Shown here: positions 1 through 9,191 of the stretch, piece by piece
Layout: each line of letters starts with the position of its first letter
Position numbering within the stretch: the first letter of the stretch is position 1
Assembly: GCA_963702545.1 (NCBI GenBank)
Contig: CAVPDB010000004.1
Location: forward strand, 421 to 64,420
Length of the DNA: 64,000 nucleotides
Direction: 5' to 3'
Origin: an uncultured Acidobacteriota bacterium
Lineage (GTDB): Bacteria > Acidobacteriota > Polarisedimenticolia > J045
Position numbers and translations under genes: made by a program
Notes under the pieces: generated by a model
Databases searched by the model: none
What the model was told of the DNA's origin: nothing
The model's input: only the letters and a program-made list of their open reading frames with translations

Positions 1-143
1 GCGCCGGCCAACTCGGCTCCCGGGACCTCGATCGCGAGTCCGAGACGGCCGTTCGAGAGCGGCAGATCGACCGCAGCGGACAGGGTCGGGCAAAGCAGGA
101 ACAGAAGGGAGAACAGGACGGCAGGCCAGGTGGTCCTGCGCAT
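1..143 (-). CDS. partial CDS (5' end only), exported hypothetical protein; continues past the left edge
   Basis: ATG at 143 on the minus strand, preceded by GGAGG. Translation MRRTTWPAVLFSLLFLLCPTLSAAVDLPLSNG... is a classic signal peptide. It is absent from the ORF track because no stop lies in the window. Confidence 0.55.
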   Translation of the reverse strand, partial: MRRTTWPAVLFSLLFLLCPTLSAAVDLPLSNGRLGLAIEVPGAELAG

Positions 144-310
144 GGGAGCCTCCGGCAGGGGAAGCATACCGCAACCCGGATCCTCGCCTCGGCGCGAGCG
201 AATCCAGCTCTCCGAACGGCCGGCGCAGCGGCGAGCCGGCCCGGGCGCTCCACAGGCCCCGGAGCTCGAGCGGACGGGGTCACGGCGCGGCGCGACCGAT
301 GCGGAGTCCC

Positions 311-983
311 TTACCCCGCCGCGACCTTCCGCCGCGACCGTTCCATCCGCTCGCGCACCCGCTCGGCCGCGTCCTCGGGCACCGGGCCGTCGTGCATCAC
401 GGCGCGGTCGAGGTCGATCACGAAGAGCGCGTCCTCCGAGCGCAGGATGTTGCCGAGGTTCAGGTCGCGGTGCTCGAGGCCGCGCTCGAGCAGGAGTTCG
501 CCGAAGCGGCGGGCCTCGTCCCAGAGCGCCGCGCGGCGCGCGGGGTCGCTGCTCCTCGGCCATCAGGCGCGCCATGTCGGTCGCGTCCTTCAGGAAGGCG
601 CTCATCCCCCAGGCCTTCCAGCCGGGCCGGGCCGGGAGCAGCACCACCCCCAGGGGCCGCGCGGTCGGGACGCCCGCGGCCGCGGCGCGCCGGCCGGTCT
701 CGAGTTCCGCGAGAAAGCGCTGCGCGTCGAAGTAGCGCTCGCGGTTGAAGCTGGCCACGACGCCGCCGCGCAGGTACTGCTTGACCAGCAGCGCGGGCCC
801 GCCGGGGATCGGCACCACGGCCCGCGGCCCGCGCCCGGTGCCCGGCCCCTCGGGCCGCGGCGCCAGCCGCTCCCAGGGGCGGCCGAGCCCGGCCGCCAGC
901 ACGGCGTCGGCCAGCGCCGCGTCGAGCACGCAGGTCGCCTCGCCCTCCTCGCGCACGACGAACCCCGGGGGGGCCGCGATCAC
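311..983 (-). pseudogene. LPS/Kdo kinase family protein, frameshifted as sequenced
   Basis: GTG at 983 overlaps the upstream GT2 stop (GTGA). The N-terminal half reads VIAAPPGFVVREEGEATCVLD...LLVKQYLRGGVVASFNRERYF. After about 530-556 the sequence continues in another frame: LWDEARRFGELLLERGLEHRDLNLGNILRSEDALFVIDLDRA...*(TAA 311-313). HRDLNxGNIL and IDLDR are LPS-kinase catalytic motifs. The span is 673 nt, not a multiple of 3. Confidence 0.7.
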
Positions 984-1804
984 GCGCGCCGCCCCGCGGC
1001 GCCGCCGGACCCGGCGCGCGCGTCGATCGCCTCGCCCCCGCCGCGCGACAGCTCCCACAGCCGCGCGTACTTCATGAAGACCGTCATCGCGGTGAAGCAG
1101 GCCAGGACCAGCCCCGGGCCGCCGTCCAGGAAGCCCCGCTTGAGCAGGTAGGCCCGCAGGAACCGCGCCACCGGCCGGGTGAGCACCGCCAGCGCGCCGG
1201 CCCGCCGGCCGCGGCGATGCGCCTCGCGCGCGCCGGCCTCGGCCCAGCGCCAGGCCTTGGGGACGTACTGCGGGAAGGAGCGGAAGGTGTCGTGCCGCAG
1301 CGGGGCGGACAGCGCCGGGAGGGGCCCCGGCAGGTCGATCTCCTCGTGGACCAGCCGGTCGTCGTAGCGCGCCGTGTCGCGCGCGATCAGCCGGATCACG
1401 CGGTCGGTCCCCCAGCCGCCGTGCTTCATCACCCGCCCCAGGAAGCGGTTCTCGCGCGGGATCCAGGTCCCCGGCGCGGCCGGGCCGCCGGCCGCGAACA
1501 GCGCCCGCAGCTCGTCCGCCAGCGCCGGCGAGACCTGCTCGTCGGCGTCGAGGATCAGGACCCACGGGTGGCGGCACTGCGGGATCGCCCAGTTCTTCTG
1601 GCGGGCCGGCGACTCGTAGGGGTGCTCGAGGATCCGCGCCCCGTGCCCCAGGGCCAGCGCCAGCGTGCGGTCGGTCGAGCCGGAGTCGACGACCAGCAGC
1701 TCCCCGGCCAGGCCGGCGACCGAGGCCAGGCAGGCCCCGATCGTCGCCTCCTCGTCGCGGGTGGTGACGAGCACGGAGAGCGGCAGCGGCGGCGCGCCGC
1801 TCAC
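980..1804 (-). CDS. family 2 glycosyltransferase (LPS core type, WaaE/KdtX-like)
   Basis: Only the last 274 aa of track ORF 980..2956 are real. They read LSVLVTTRDEEATIGACLASVAGLAGELLVVDSGSTDRT...WVLILDADEQV (DxD), with the C-terminal RAYLLKRGFLDG helix typical of this GT2 subgroup. GTG at 1804 overlaps the tatC stop (GTGA). Confidence 0.8.
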   Translation of the reverse strand: MSGAPPLPLSVLVTTRDEEATIGACLASVAGLAGELLVVDSGSTDRTLALALGHGARILEHPYESPARQKNWAIPQCRHPWVLILDADEQVSPALADELRALFAAGGPAAPGTWIPRENRFLGRVMKHGGWGTDRVIRLIARDTARYDDRLVHEEIDLPGPLPALSAPLRHDTFRSFPQYVPKAWRWAEAGAREAHRRGRRAGALAVLTRPVARFLRAYLLKRGFLDGGPGLVLACFTAMTVFMKYARLWELSRGGGEAIDARAGSGGAAGRRA

Positions 1805-2574
1805 TTCGTCTCGCTCCCCTGCGGCGCTCGAGGCTGGACCAGCCACGCCACCCCGATGCTCAGCAGGTAGAGCCCGATCATCGGCAGCGCGAAGATCGTC
1901 ATCGTCATGATGTCGGGCGTCGGGGTCAGGATCGCGGCCACCACGAAGATCACGAAGATCGCCTTGTCGAGCTGCTTCCACAGGCCGCGCGCGCTGACGA
2001 TCCCGAAGCGCGCCAGCGCCAGCGCGAGCAGCGGCATCTCGAACATCAGCCCCAGGCCCAGCAGCAGCTTGCTGGCGAAGGAGAAGGCGCTGTCGACGGT
2101 GATGTGGCTCTGGAACCCGGTCCCCTGCTCGGCCAGGAACTTCGCCGCCGTGGGGACCGCGACGTAGTAGGAGAAGCCCGCGCCGGCGGCGAAGAGCAGG
2201 CTGCCGGCGGTGATCACCGGCACGATCCAGCGCCGCTCGCGCGGGTAGAGGCCCGGCGCGACGAACGACCAGGCCTGGTAGAGGATCATCGGCAGGGCGA
2301 TGAAGATCCCGCCCAGCAGCGCGGCCTTCATCTTGTTCATGAAGGCCTCGGCCGGGCGGATCACCGAGAGCTGTCCCATCGACTGCGTGATCGGGTCGAG
2401 CAGGAAGGCGAGCAGGCGGTCCGAGAAGATCCAGGCCACGACGAAGCCGACCAGGACCGCGAGGGCGGCCCAGGTGAGGCGGCGGCGCAGCTCGTCGAGG
2501 TGCTCGAGGAACCCCATCTTCGCGCCGGACTCCCCGGCGTCGAGTTGCGGGTCCCCCGCGGCGGGGGCGGTCAC
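1801..2574 (-). CDS. tatC: twin-arginine translocase subunit TatC
   Basis: 257-aa ORF with six predicted TM segments. Contains FLEHLDELRRRL...PGLYPRERR...TPTPD, the TatC signature regions. Confidence 0.93.
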   Translation of the reverse strand: MTAPAAGDPQLDAGESGAKMGFLEHLDELRRRLTWAALAVLVGFVVAWIFSDRLLAFLLDPITQSMGQLSVIRPAEAFMNKMKAALLGGIFIALPMILYQAWSFVAPGLYPRERRWIVPVITAGSLLFAAGAGFSYYVAVPTAAKFLAEQGTGFQSHITVDSAFSFASKLLLGLGLMFEMPLLALALARFGIVSARGLWKQLDKAIFVIFVVAAILTPTPDIMTMTIFALPMIGLYLLSIGVAWLVQPRAPQGSETK

Positions 2575-3038
2575 GGCGTGCCGGCCGGGCCCGGGGCCCC
2601 GGGCACGGCAGGATCGGGCGCGGTCGGACCCGGCGCGCCCGGCTCCGGCCCGGCCGCTCCGGCCGGCGGCGCGTCCGGGGCTGCGGGTGCGCCCGGAACG
2701 TCGTCCGCCGCGCCCGGCGAGGCACCGTCGGGCGGCGCGCCGGGAGGCAGGTCGCGGCGCCTGTTCGGATCGACGTACGGCGGCGGCCCGAAGCCGGCCA
2801 GCTCGCGCGCGATCGCGGTCGCGTCGCGCTGGATCCCCTTGACCTCGCCGATCGCCCCCTTGACGTCCTCCAGCGCCACCTCGCGCTCGAGGGTCCCCTG
2901 CATGTCGCGCATCGCGTGCCGCATCTGGCCCACGAAGCCGCCGAGCTGCTTGCCAATCTGGGGCAGCCGCCGCGGCCCGAAGATGAGCAGCGCGAGGATC
3001 AGCAGGAAGAAGAACTCGGGGCCACCGATGTCGAACAT
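2571..3038 (-). CDS. tatB: Tat translocase TatA/B family protein (TatB-like) with Pro/Ala-rich tail
   Basis: MFDIGGPEFFFLLILALLIFGPRRLPQIGKQLG matches the TatB N-terminus (MFDIG...GPxRLP). The stop overlaps the tatC GTG. Confidence 0.85.
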   Translation of the reverse strand: MFDIGGPEFFFLLILALLIFGPRRLPQIGKQLGGFVGQMRHAMRDMQGTLEREVALEDVKGAIGEVKGIQRDATAIARELAGFGPPPYVDPNRRRDLPPGAPPDGASPGAADDVPGAPAAPDAPPAGAAGPEPGAPGPTAPDPAVPGAPGPAGTP

Positions 3039-3216
3039 CGCGGGCGCATCGTAGCGGCGCCCCCCGGGCGGGTCAACAGAACGCCCGGCCGGCCCGGAGC
3101 CGCAAGCCCTTGCCGCTCCGGCCCTTGCGCGCCCGGAGGGAGCCGCTGCGGCGGCCCCGCGGACCGCCGGGAGCGTTCGATTGGGGCGGATTCCGGCCCC
3201 ACCCTATACTTCCGGC

Positions 3217-4839
3217 ATGAAGCCCTCCCGCCCCCTGCTGGTCGCTCTGCTCCTCGCGGCGCTCTTCGCGGCCTCGGCGATCGTCGTCGTGACCCGGGCC
3301 GCCGCCCCCGCCGGCCCGGCCCTGGGAAAGATGGGGACCTACGCCGAGATCCTGGCCCTGATCGAGCAGCGCGCCGTCCCCGAGCCGGACATGAAGCGCG
3401 TGATCTACTCCAGCATCGGCGGGATGCTCGACGCGCTCGACCCGCACACGAACTTCCTCGACGACGACAACTACCGCGAGATGCGGGAGGAGCAGAAGGG
3501 GTTCTTCTACGGCCTCGGGATCCAGATCAACAAGCGCGGCCGCTACCAGCCGCTGCGGGTCGTGGCCCCGATGGCCGGCACGCCCGCCGACCGGATGGGG
3601 ATCCGCGGCGGTGACGTGATCGTCCACATCCGGGACGAGCGGGCCGGGGCCGACGTCGACACGCTGGGCCTGACGATCCAGGAGGCGGTGAAGTACCTGC
3701 GCGGGCCGCGCGGCTCGGAGGTCGAGATCACCGTCGAGCGGCCGGGGGTGGAGCAGCCGCTGGTCTTCAAGATCCAGCGCGACGCGGTCCGGACCACGGC
3801 CGTTTCGCAGGCCTACCTGGTCCGGCCCGAGACCGGCTACATCAAGATCACGAACTTCGTCGAGAGCACGACGCCGGAGCTGGACGCCGCGCTCGAGAGC
3901 CTGAAAAAGCAGGGAGCGAAGCGGCTGGTGCTGGACCTGTCGGGCAACCCCGGCGGCCTGCTCGACCAGGCGATCGGCGTGACCAGCCGGTTCCTGCCGG
4001 CCGGCTCGCTGGTGGTCTACACCGAGGGCCGGATGGCCGGCTCGCGGCAGGACTACTTCTCGGCCAAGGACGTCCCGCACGTCGACTGGCCGGTCGTCGT
4101 GATGGTCGACCGCGAGTCGGCCTCGGCGTCGGAGATCGTGTCCGGCGCGCTCCAGGACCACGACCGCGGGATCGTCGTCGGCGAGACGACCTTCGGCAAA
4201 GGGCTGGTCCAGTCGGTCTACCCGCTGTCCGAGAACACCGGCCTGGCCCTGACGACGCAGAAGTACTACACCCCGGTCGGGCGCAGCATCCAGCGCCCCT
4301 ACACCGGCGAGGACTCGTACTACCTCGAGTGGCGCGAGCGCGACGCGGTCCCGAAGCCCAAGGACGACGCCCCGGTCTTCAAGACCGACACCGGGCGGAT
4401 CGTCTACGGCGGCGGCGGGATCAGCCCCGACATCCCCGTGCAGATCCCGGAGTACCCCGAGGTCGTGGTCCAGCTGCTCCGGACCTCGGCCTTCCCGCGC
4501 TTCGTGACCGCGATGTCGGCCGAGGACCGGAAGAAGTACGCCGCCGACCCGGACTCGATCCTGCCGCCCTTCACGACCTTCGTTCTGACCGACCTGCCGG
4601 AGCTCAAGGCCGAGGAGATCGCGGCGGCGAAGGTCGAGGTCCTGCTGCAGCTGCGCGGCGAGTTGGCGCTGCTCGACGGCGGTCTCGCGGCGCGCGAGCG
4701 CGTGCTGCTGGAGAAGAACCCGGCGCTGGAGCAGGCGCTCGCCGCGTTCCCCGAGGCCGAGAAGCTGCAGAGCCTGCGCCGCGCCGTGCCCGAGACCCGC
4801 ACGGCCGAGGCGCTGGGGAAGCCCTCTCAGACCAGGTAG
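3217..4839 (+). CDS. S41 family C-terminal processing peptidase (Ctp/Prc-like)
   Basis: Track ORF 3181..4839. I prefer the ATG at 3217 (MKPSRPLLVALLLAALFA signal/anchor). PDZ region GLGIQI...PADRMGIRGGDVIVHI. Catalytic region LDLSGNPGGLL...DRESASASEIVSGALQD...GETTFGKG. Confidence 0.88.
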   Translation: MKPSRPLLVALLLAALFAASAIVVVTRAAAPAGPALGKMGTYAEILALIEQRAVPEPDMKRVIYSSIGGMLDALDPHTNFLDDDNYREMREEQKGFFYGLGIQINKRGRYQPLRVVAPMAGTPADRMGIRGGDVIVHIRDERAGADVDTLGLTIQEAVKYLRGPRGSEVEITVERPGVEQPLVFKIQRDAVRTTAVSQAYLVRPETGYIKITNFVESTTPELDAALESLKKQGAKRLVLDLSGNPGGLLDQAIGVTSRFLPAGSLVVYTEGRMAGSRQDYFSAKDVPHVDWPVVVMVDRESASASEIVSGALQDHDRGIVVGETTFGKGLVQSVYPLSENTGLALTTQKYYTPVGRSIQRPYTGEDSYYLEWRERDAVPKPKDDAPVFKTDTGRIVYGGGGISPDIPVQIPEYPEVVVQLLRTSAFPRFVTAMSAEDRKKYAADPDSILPPFTTFVLTDLPELKAEEIAAAKVEVLLQLRGELALLDGGLAARERVLLEKNPALEQALAAFPEAEKLQSLRRAVPETRTAEALGKPSQTR

Positions 4840-5876
4840 GCCAGCGCGAACCCGACCTGCGCGGTCATCATCATCAGGTACATGTGGGTCCACGACGGGT
4901 GGTTCTCCGTCGTGGCCAGCGCCTCGGGATCGCGCAGGATCAGCCAGACCGTGTAGATCCCCCAGCTGGTCAGGACCAGGCCCAGCGTGTCGAGCGCCCA
5001 GCGGTTGCCGGTCAGGATCGCGTGGTGCCCCGCGGGGTCGAACGGGTCGGGCAGCATCGTGCCGAGCGGGATCAGCAGCCAGGGCAGGATGAACGACGGC
5101 GCCATCATGTACGCCGCCTTCTTCACCCCGTAGCGGATCGGCAGGGTGTAGCAGCCGCCGGCCTCGTCCCCCTTCATGTCCGAGAAGTCCTTGGTGGAGG
5201 CCGCGCCGACCAGGAACAGCGCGAAAACCGCGCCGATGTACCAGGCCTCGAGCGCCCAGACCGGGCCGATCATGCTCCACCCGGCGACCTTGAGCAGCAT
5301 CCCGCGCGGGACCGCGATCGTCACGTTGGCGCCGATCGCGTGCCGCTTGGTCCGGCCCAGCGCCGGGGCCGAGTAGACGAAGGTGAAGATCATCCCCAGC
5401 ACGTAGATCGCGAACACCGCGTGCCACAGCGTCAGCGCGCCGAGCCAGCTCCCTGCCCCGGCCAGCGCGGCCCGCACGCCGTCGGGGACCGTCAGGCGCT
5501 CGATCAGCGTCTCGGCCGGGAAGATCACGACCAGCCAGGTCGGGAGTACCGCCAGGACGTAGAGCGCGATCGAGTAGTTCCAGGCGGCGCGCATCGAGAT
5601 CTTCCCCGACGGCAGCATCCGCTCCGGCTTGTTGACCCGGTCGATCTGCAGGTCGTAGTACTGGTTGATCACGTTGCTGGCGGCGTTGAGCAGCGCCGCA
5701 CAGGCCGAGCCGAGCACGACGTTGAAGATCACGGCGGCCGTCACGGCGCGCGTGGGGTCGGGGTTCCAGTACGAGCCCCAGGCGCAGATCGCGCCCGAGA
5801 CCACGCCCAGGAGCGGCGGGAGCAGCGTGAACGGGCGGGTGAAGTCGACGTAGCGCCGGATCGTTTCGGTGGTCAC
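4827..5876 (-). CDS. UbiA-superfamily membrane prenyltransferase (subfamily unresolved)
   Basis: 349-aa polytopic ORF. First Asp-rich motif NQYYDLQIDRVNKPERMLPSG (NxxxDxxxD...RPxPSG type). Second motif KDFSDMKGDEAGGCYTLPIRYG, resembling chlorophyll-synthase/HPT/DGGGPS-type enzymes. GTG start at 5876. Confidence 0.85.
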   Translation of the reverse strand: MTTETIRRYVDFTRPFTLLPPLLGVVSGAICAWGSYWNPDPTRAVTAAVIFNVVLGSACAALLNAASNVINQYYDLQIDRVNKPERMLPSGKISMRAAWNYSIALYVLAVLPTWLVVIFPAETLIERLTVPDGVRAALAGAGSWLGALTLWHAVFAIYVLGMIFTFVYSAPALGRTKRHAIGANVTIAVPRGMLLKVAGWSMIGPVWALEAWYIGAVFALFLVGAASTKDFSDMKGDEAGGCYTLPIRYGVKKAAYMMAPSFILPWLLIPLGTMLPDPFDPAGHHAILTGNRWALDTLGLVLTSWGIYTVWLILRDPEALATTENHPSWTHMYLMMMTAQVGFALAYLV

Positions 5877-5901
5877 GGGAGGTCCTTCGGAAGGGTCGGG
5901 T

Positions 5902-7272
5902 TCAGCCCGCCACGCGGGCGAGGCTGGCGAGGGCGGCGAGCCAGGCGATCAGGATCGCCGCCAGCCCGCCGGCGAGCGTGTTGAGGAAGTTCTGGGCCTC
6001 GTTGTTGATCAGGCTGGCCTGCTCGAGCACGGCTCCAAGGTAGCTCTCGAGCGTGGTCCCGACGAAGGCCGCGGCGGCGACGATCGCGACGCCCGCGCCG
6101 TCGATCAGCCCCAGCCCCCAGCCGAGCAGGCCCAGCGCCAGGGAGCCGGCGATCCCGGCCAGCGTCCCCTCCAGGCTGACCGCGCCGTCGGTGCCGCGCG
6201 GCACCGGCCGGAAGGTGGTGATCAGGAAGGTGCGGCGCCCGAAGGCCTGGCCGATCTCCGAGCCCAGCGTGTCCGACACGGCGGTCGCGAGCGCGGCGAC
6301 GAAGGCCAGCCGGAACAGGCCGTTCCCCTGCGCCGCGCCGAAGGCCAGCGCCGCGAACAGCGCCGGGGCCCCGGTGTTGGCCCAGGCGTGGGCCGCGCCG
6401 CGGCGCCCCCCCTTCTCCTGCGCCGTCCCCTCCTTCGCCTTGGTCCGGTAGCCGACCTTGGTCGCGGCCGAGCCGAGCACGAAGAAGGCCAGCAGGATCG
6501 CGAACCCCGGCCCGCCGAGGCAGAGCCAGATCGTGGATCCCAGCAGCACGCCGTTCACGACCCCGGAGAGATCGACGGTCTTCAGCGCGTAGGCCAGCCC
6601 GGCCGCGGCGAGGTTGACGCCGAGCGCCCAGGGAAGGCGCGCCAGCAGCAGGTCCTGCTGCGCGGCGATCCGCGAGAGGTCGATCAGCTGGACCGCGTAG
6701 AGCAGGCCGCCCGCGGCGAGCGGCACCAGCAGGTTGTCGTTGATCCCGGTGTCGAGGCTCTCCAGCACCGCCAGCACCAGGCCGACGGCGAGAAACTTGA
6801 GCGCGATCGCGGGGGTGATCGCCCAGCCGCCGGTCCAGGCGAACAGCGCCAGCGCCAGCGGCACGCCGGCGACGACGAAGCCGATGAAGCCGGCCCAGGT
6901 TTTCTGCGCGTTCCAGGGGAGCGGCCCGCTGGCCCGTCCGAAGGCCAGGCCGGCGATCGTCGCCAGGCCGTCGCCGAACGCGAGGAAGGCCCACGCTGCG
7001 GCGACCAGGTCGAGCCGATCGGGGAAGACCAGGATCAGAATCAGCACCGAGACCGCGTAGAACACGATCCCGACGTCGAGCCCGCGCTCTCTCGCCTGGC
7101 CGCGGAAGAAGCGCTTTCGCCCGACGCGCGGCATCACGAGCAGGTTGTTGAGGAGCGCGACGAGCGCGAGGAGCGCGGCCTGCCACCAGGTCAGGTAGCG
7201 CAGCAGGAAGGCGAACCCCCCCATCGCGATGTGCAGCAACTTGCGCGACAGGTCGCCGCGGAGGCCGCTCAT
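5902..7272 (-). CDS. fusion protein: CTP-dependent polyprenol kinase-like (VTE5/SEC59 family) N-terminal domain plus DUF92/TMEM19 (VTE6 family) C-terminal domain
   Basis: Last 456 aa of track ORF 5902..8520. N-terminal part reads SRKLLHIAMGG...GDGLATIAG...KTWAGFIGF. C-terminal part reads GSAATKVGYRTKAKEG...AVSDTLGSEIG...GTDGAVSLEGTLAG. ATG at 7272 overlaps the upstream stop (ATGA). Confidence 0.7.
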   Translation of the reverse strand: MSGLRGDLSRKLLHIAMGGFAFLLRYLTWWQAALLALVALLNNLLVMPRVGRKRFFRGQARERGLDVGIVFYAVSVLILILVFPDRLDLVAAAWAFLAFGDGLATIAGLAFGRASGPLPWNAQKTWAGFIGFVVAGVPLALALFAWTGGWAITPAIALKFLAVGLVLAVLESLDTGINDNLLVPLAAGGLLYAVQLIDLSRIAAQQDLLLARLPWALGVNLAAAGLAYALKTVDLSGVVNGVLLGSTIWLCLGGPGFAILLAFFVLGSAATKVGYRTKAKEGTAQEKGGRRGAAHAWANTGAPALFAALAFGAAQGNGLFRLAFVAALATAVSDTLGSEIGQAFGRRTFLITTFRPVPRGTDGAVSLEGTLAGIAGSLALGLLGWGLGLIDGAGVAIVAAAAFVGTTLESYLGAVLEQASLINNEAQNFLNTLAGGLAAILIAWLAALASLARVAG

Positions 7273-8261
7273 CGCTTCACCCGCGCCGCGCCGGAGTCGA
7301 TCAGCCAGCGCACCATCGCCGCCAGCCCCTCCCGCGCCGGGGTCACCGTGTAGCCCAGCTCGCGTTCCGCGCGGGCCGAGCTGAAGGCCCACTCGTGGCG
7401 GTAGATCTCGACCTCCCCGTCGGTCATCATCGGCTCGATCCCGGTCAGCGACGCCTGCCAGCGCAGGACCCGCCCGAGCAGCGAGGCCACGCCGTAAGGG
7501 ATCGCGCGCGCCGGCGGCTTCACGCCGCCGGTCTCGGCCATGATCTCGAGCGCCTGCCTCACCGTGACGTTGTCGCCCCCGAGGACGTAGCGCGACCCGG
7601 CCGGCGCTTTTTCCAGCGCGAGCAGGAAACCGCGGGCGACGTCGTCGACCTGGGCCAGGCACTGGCGGCGGTCGCCCGGCCCGACCGTGCCCGGGAGCTT
7701 CCCCGCGAGCAGGTCGCGCGCCACTCCCGCCAGGATGTTTCCGTCGGTCAGCCGCCCGGGCCCGTAGACCACGCCCGGGTAGACGATGACGAGGTTCTCG
7801 CCGCGGGCCTGCCGCTCCCGCGCGCGGCGGTCGGCGACCAGCTTGGTCCTTTCGTAGTCGTTGCGCGGCGCCTCGTCGTGGACGTTGTCCTCGTCGCCGG
7901 TCCGGCCGTCGGTCGGCCCGAGCGCGAGGAACGACGAGCAGTAGAGCACCCTGCCGGCGCCGGCGGCCCAGGCGGCGTCGAGCAGCCGGTCGAGCCCCTG
8001 GACGTTGACGCGGTCGAACTGCCGGGGGTCTTTGACCCAGCGCTTGACCAGCGCCGCGCAGTGCACGACCGCCTCGCGCCCGGCGACCGCCGCGGCCAGC
8101 GACGCGCCGTCCTCGATGTCCCCGCGCAGGACCTCGAAGCCGCCCGCCGGCGCAGCCTCCGGCCGGCGCGCCAGCAGCGCGACCTGGTGCCCCGCCGCGG
8201 CCAGCGTCTCCGCGACGCGCCCCCCGAGAAAGCCGGTGCCGCCGGTCAGCAGGACCCTCAC
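7269..8261 (-). CDS. NAD-dependent epimerase/dehydratase family SDR
   Basis: Last 330 aa of track ORF 7269..9167. VRVLLTGGTGFLGGRV is the Rossmann GxxGxxG motif. YERTK supplies the catalytic YxxxK. GTG at 8261 overlaps the upstream stop (GTGA). Confidence 0.85.
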   Translation of the reverse strand: MRVLLTGGTGFLGGRVAETLAAAGHQVALLARRPEAAPAGGFEVLRGDIEDGASLAAAVAGREAVVHCAALVKRWVKDPRQFDRVNVQGLDRLLDAAWAAGAGRVLYCSSFLALGPTDGRTGDEDNVHDEAPRNDYERTKLVADRRARERQARGENLVIVYPGVVYGPGRLTDGNILAGVARDLLAGKLPGTVGPGDRRQCLAQVDDVARGFLLALEKAPAGSRYVLGGDNVTVRQALEIMAETGGVKPPARAIPYGVASLLGRVLRWQASLTGIEPMMTDGEVEIYRHEWAFSSARAERELGYTVTPAREGLAAMVRWLIDSGAARVKR

Positions 8262-9151
8262 GGTGCGGCCTGCGGCGGGTGCTCCGCCAGGTACTCGCGC
8301 GCGGCGTCGGTCCACGGCCGCGGGGCCCAGCCGAAGCGGGCCGCGAACAGGCCGGTGGCCAGCGGCGTCGCCGCCGGGCGGGCCGCCGGCAGGACGAGCG
8401 ACTCCGGCGCGACCGGCTCGACCCGCGCCGGGTCGCCGCCGGCCAGCCGGACGACCTCGCGGGCGAAGGCGAAGCGCGAGACGGCGCCGGCGTTGGCAAA
8501 GTGGAACAGGCCGCTGGCACCGGGGTCCTCGATCAGCGCCAGGACCGCGCGCGCGATGTCGCGGTTGTAGGTCGGCTTGGTGACCCAGCCGTCGATCACG
8601 CGGATCGGCCCGCCGCCCGAGACCGCCTGGCGCGCGATCTTGTCGAAGAAGGTCTCGCGCCCGGGACCGAAGACGAACGAGATCCGCAGTACGACGGCGT
8701 CGGCCAGGCCGGTGAGGATCGCCTCCTCGCCGCGCAGCTTGCTGCGGCCGTACTCGTTGACCGGCGCGGCCAGGTCGGCCTCTTCGTATTCCCGCCCGGC
8801 CAGGCCGTCGAAGACGTAGTCGGTCGAGAGGTGGATCAGCCGCCGCCGCCCGCGGCGGCAGATCGCCGCCAGGTGGGCCGCCCCCTCGGCGTTGACCTCC
8901 CCGGCCGTCTCGGGGTCCTGCTCGGCCTCGTCGACGTTGGAGATGGCCGCGGTGTTGATCACCACCGTCGGGTCGAGGCGCTCGATGTCCAGCTCCGTCG
9001 CCCAGCGGTCGGCGATGTCCATTTCCGTCCGGGTGGCAGAGACGGTGTGCGGAAAGCGCGGCTCGAGCAGCGCGGCCAGGGCACTCCCCACGAGGCCGTC
9101 GGCGCCGATGATCATCGGCCGGATCGCGAGGCTGGGGTCGGGCGCGGTCAT
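8258..9151 (-). CDS. RmlD-type (dTDP-4-dehydrorhamnose reductase family) SDR
   Basis: 297-aa ORF. Contains MIIGADGLVGSAL...VINTAAISNVDEAEQDPE...LIHLSTDYVFDG...YGRSKLRGE, typical of the RmlD substrate-binding family. Confidence 0.85.
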   Translation of the reverse strand: MTAPDPSLAIRPMIIGADGLVGSALAALLEPRFPHTVSATRTEMDIADRWATELDIERLDPTVVINTAAISNVDEAEQDPETAGEVNAEGAAHLAAICRRGRRRLIHLSTDYVFDGLAGREYEEADLAAPVNEYGRSKLRGEEAILTGLADAVVLRISFVFGPGRETFFDKIARQAVSGGGPIRVIDGWVTKPTYNRDIARAVLALIEDPGASGLFHFANAGAVSRFAFAREVVRLAGGDPARVEPVAPESLVLPAARPAATPLATGLFAARFGWAPRPWTDAAREYLAEHPPQAAP

Positions 9152-9191
9152 CGGCGGATTCTAGCAAGGATGGGGCGGGCGGCCGGGCCCG

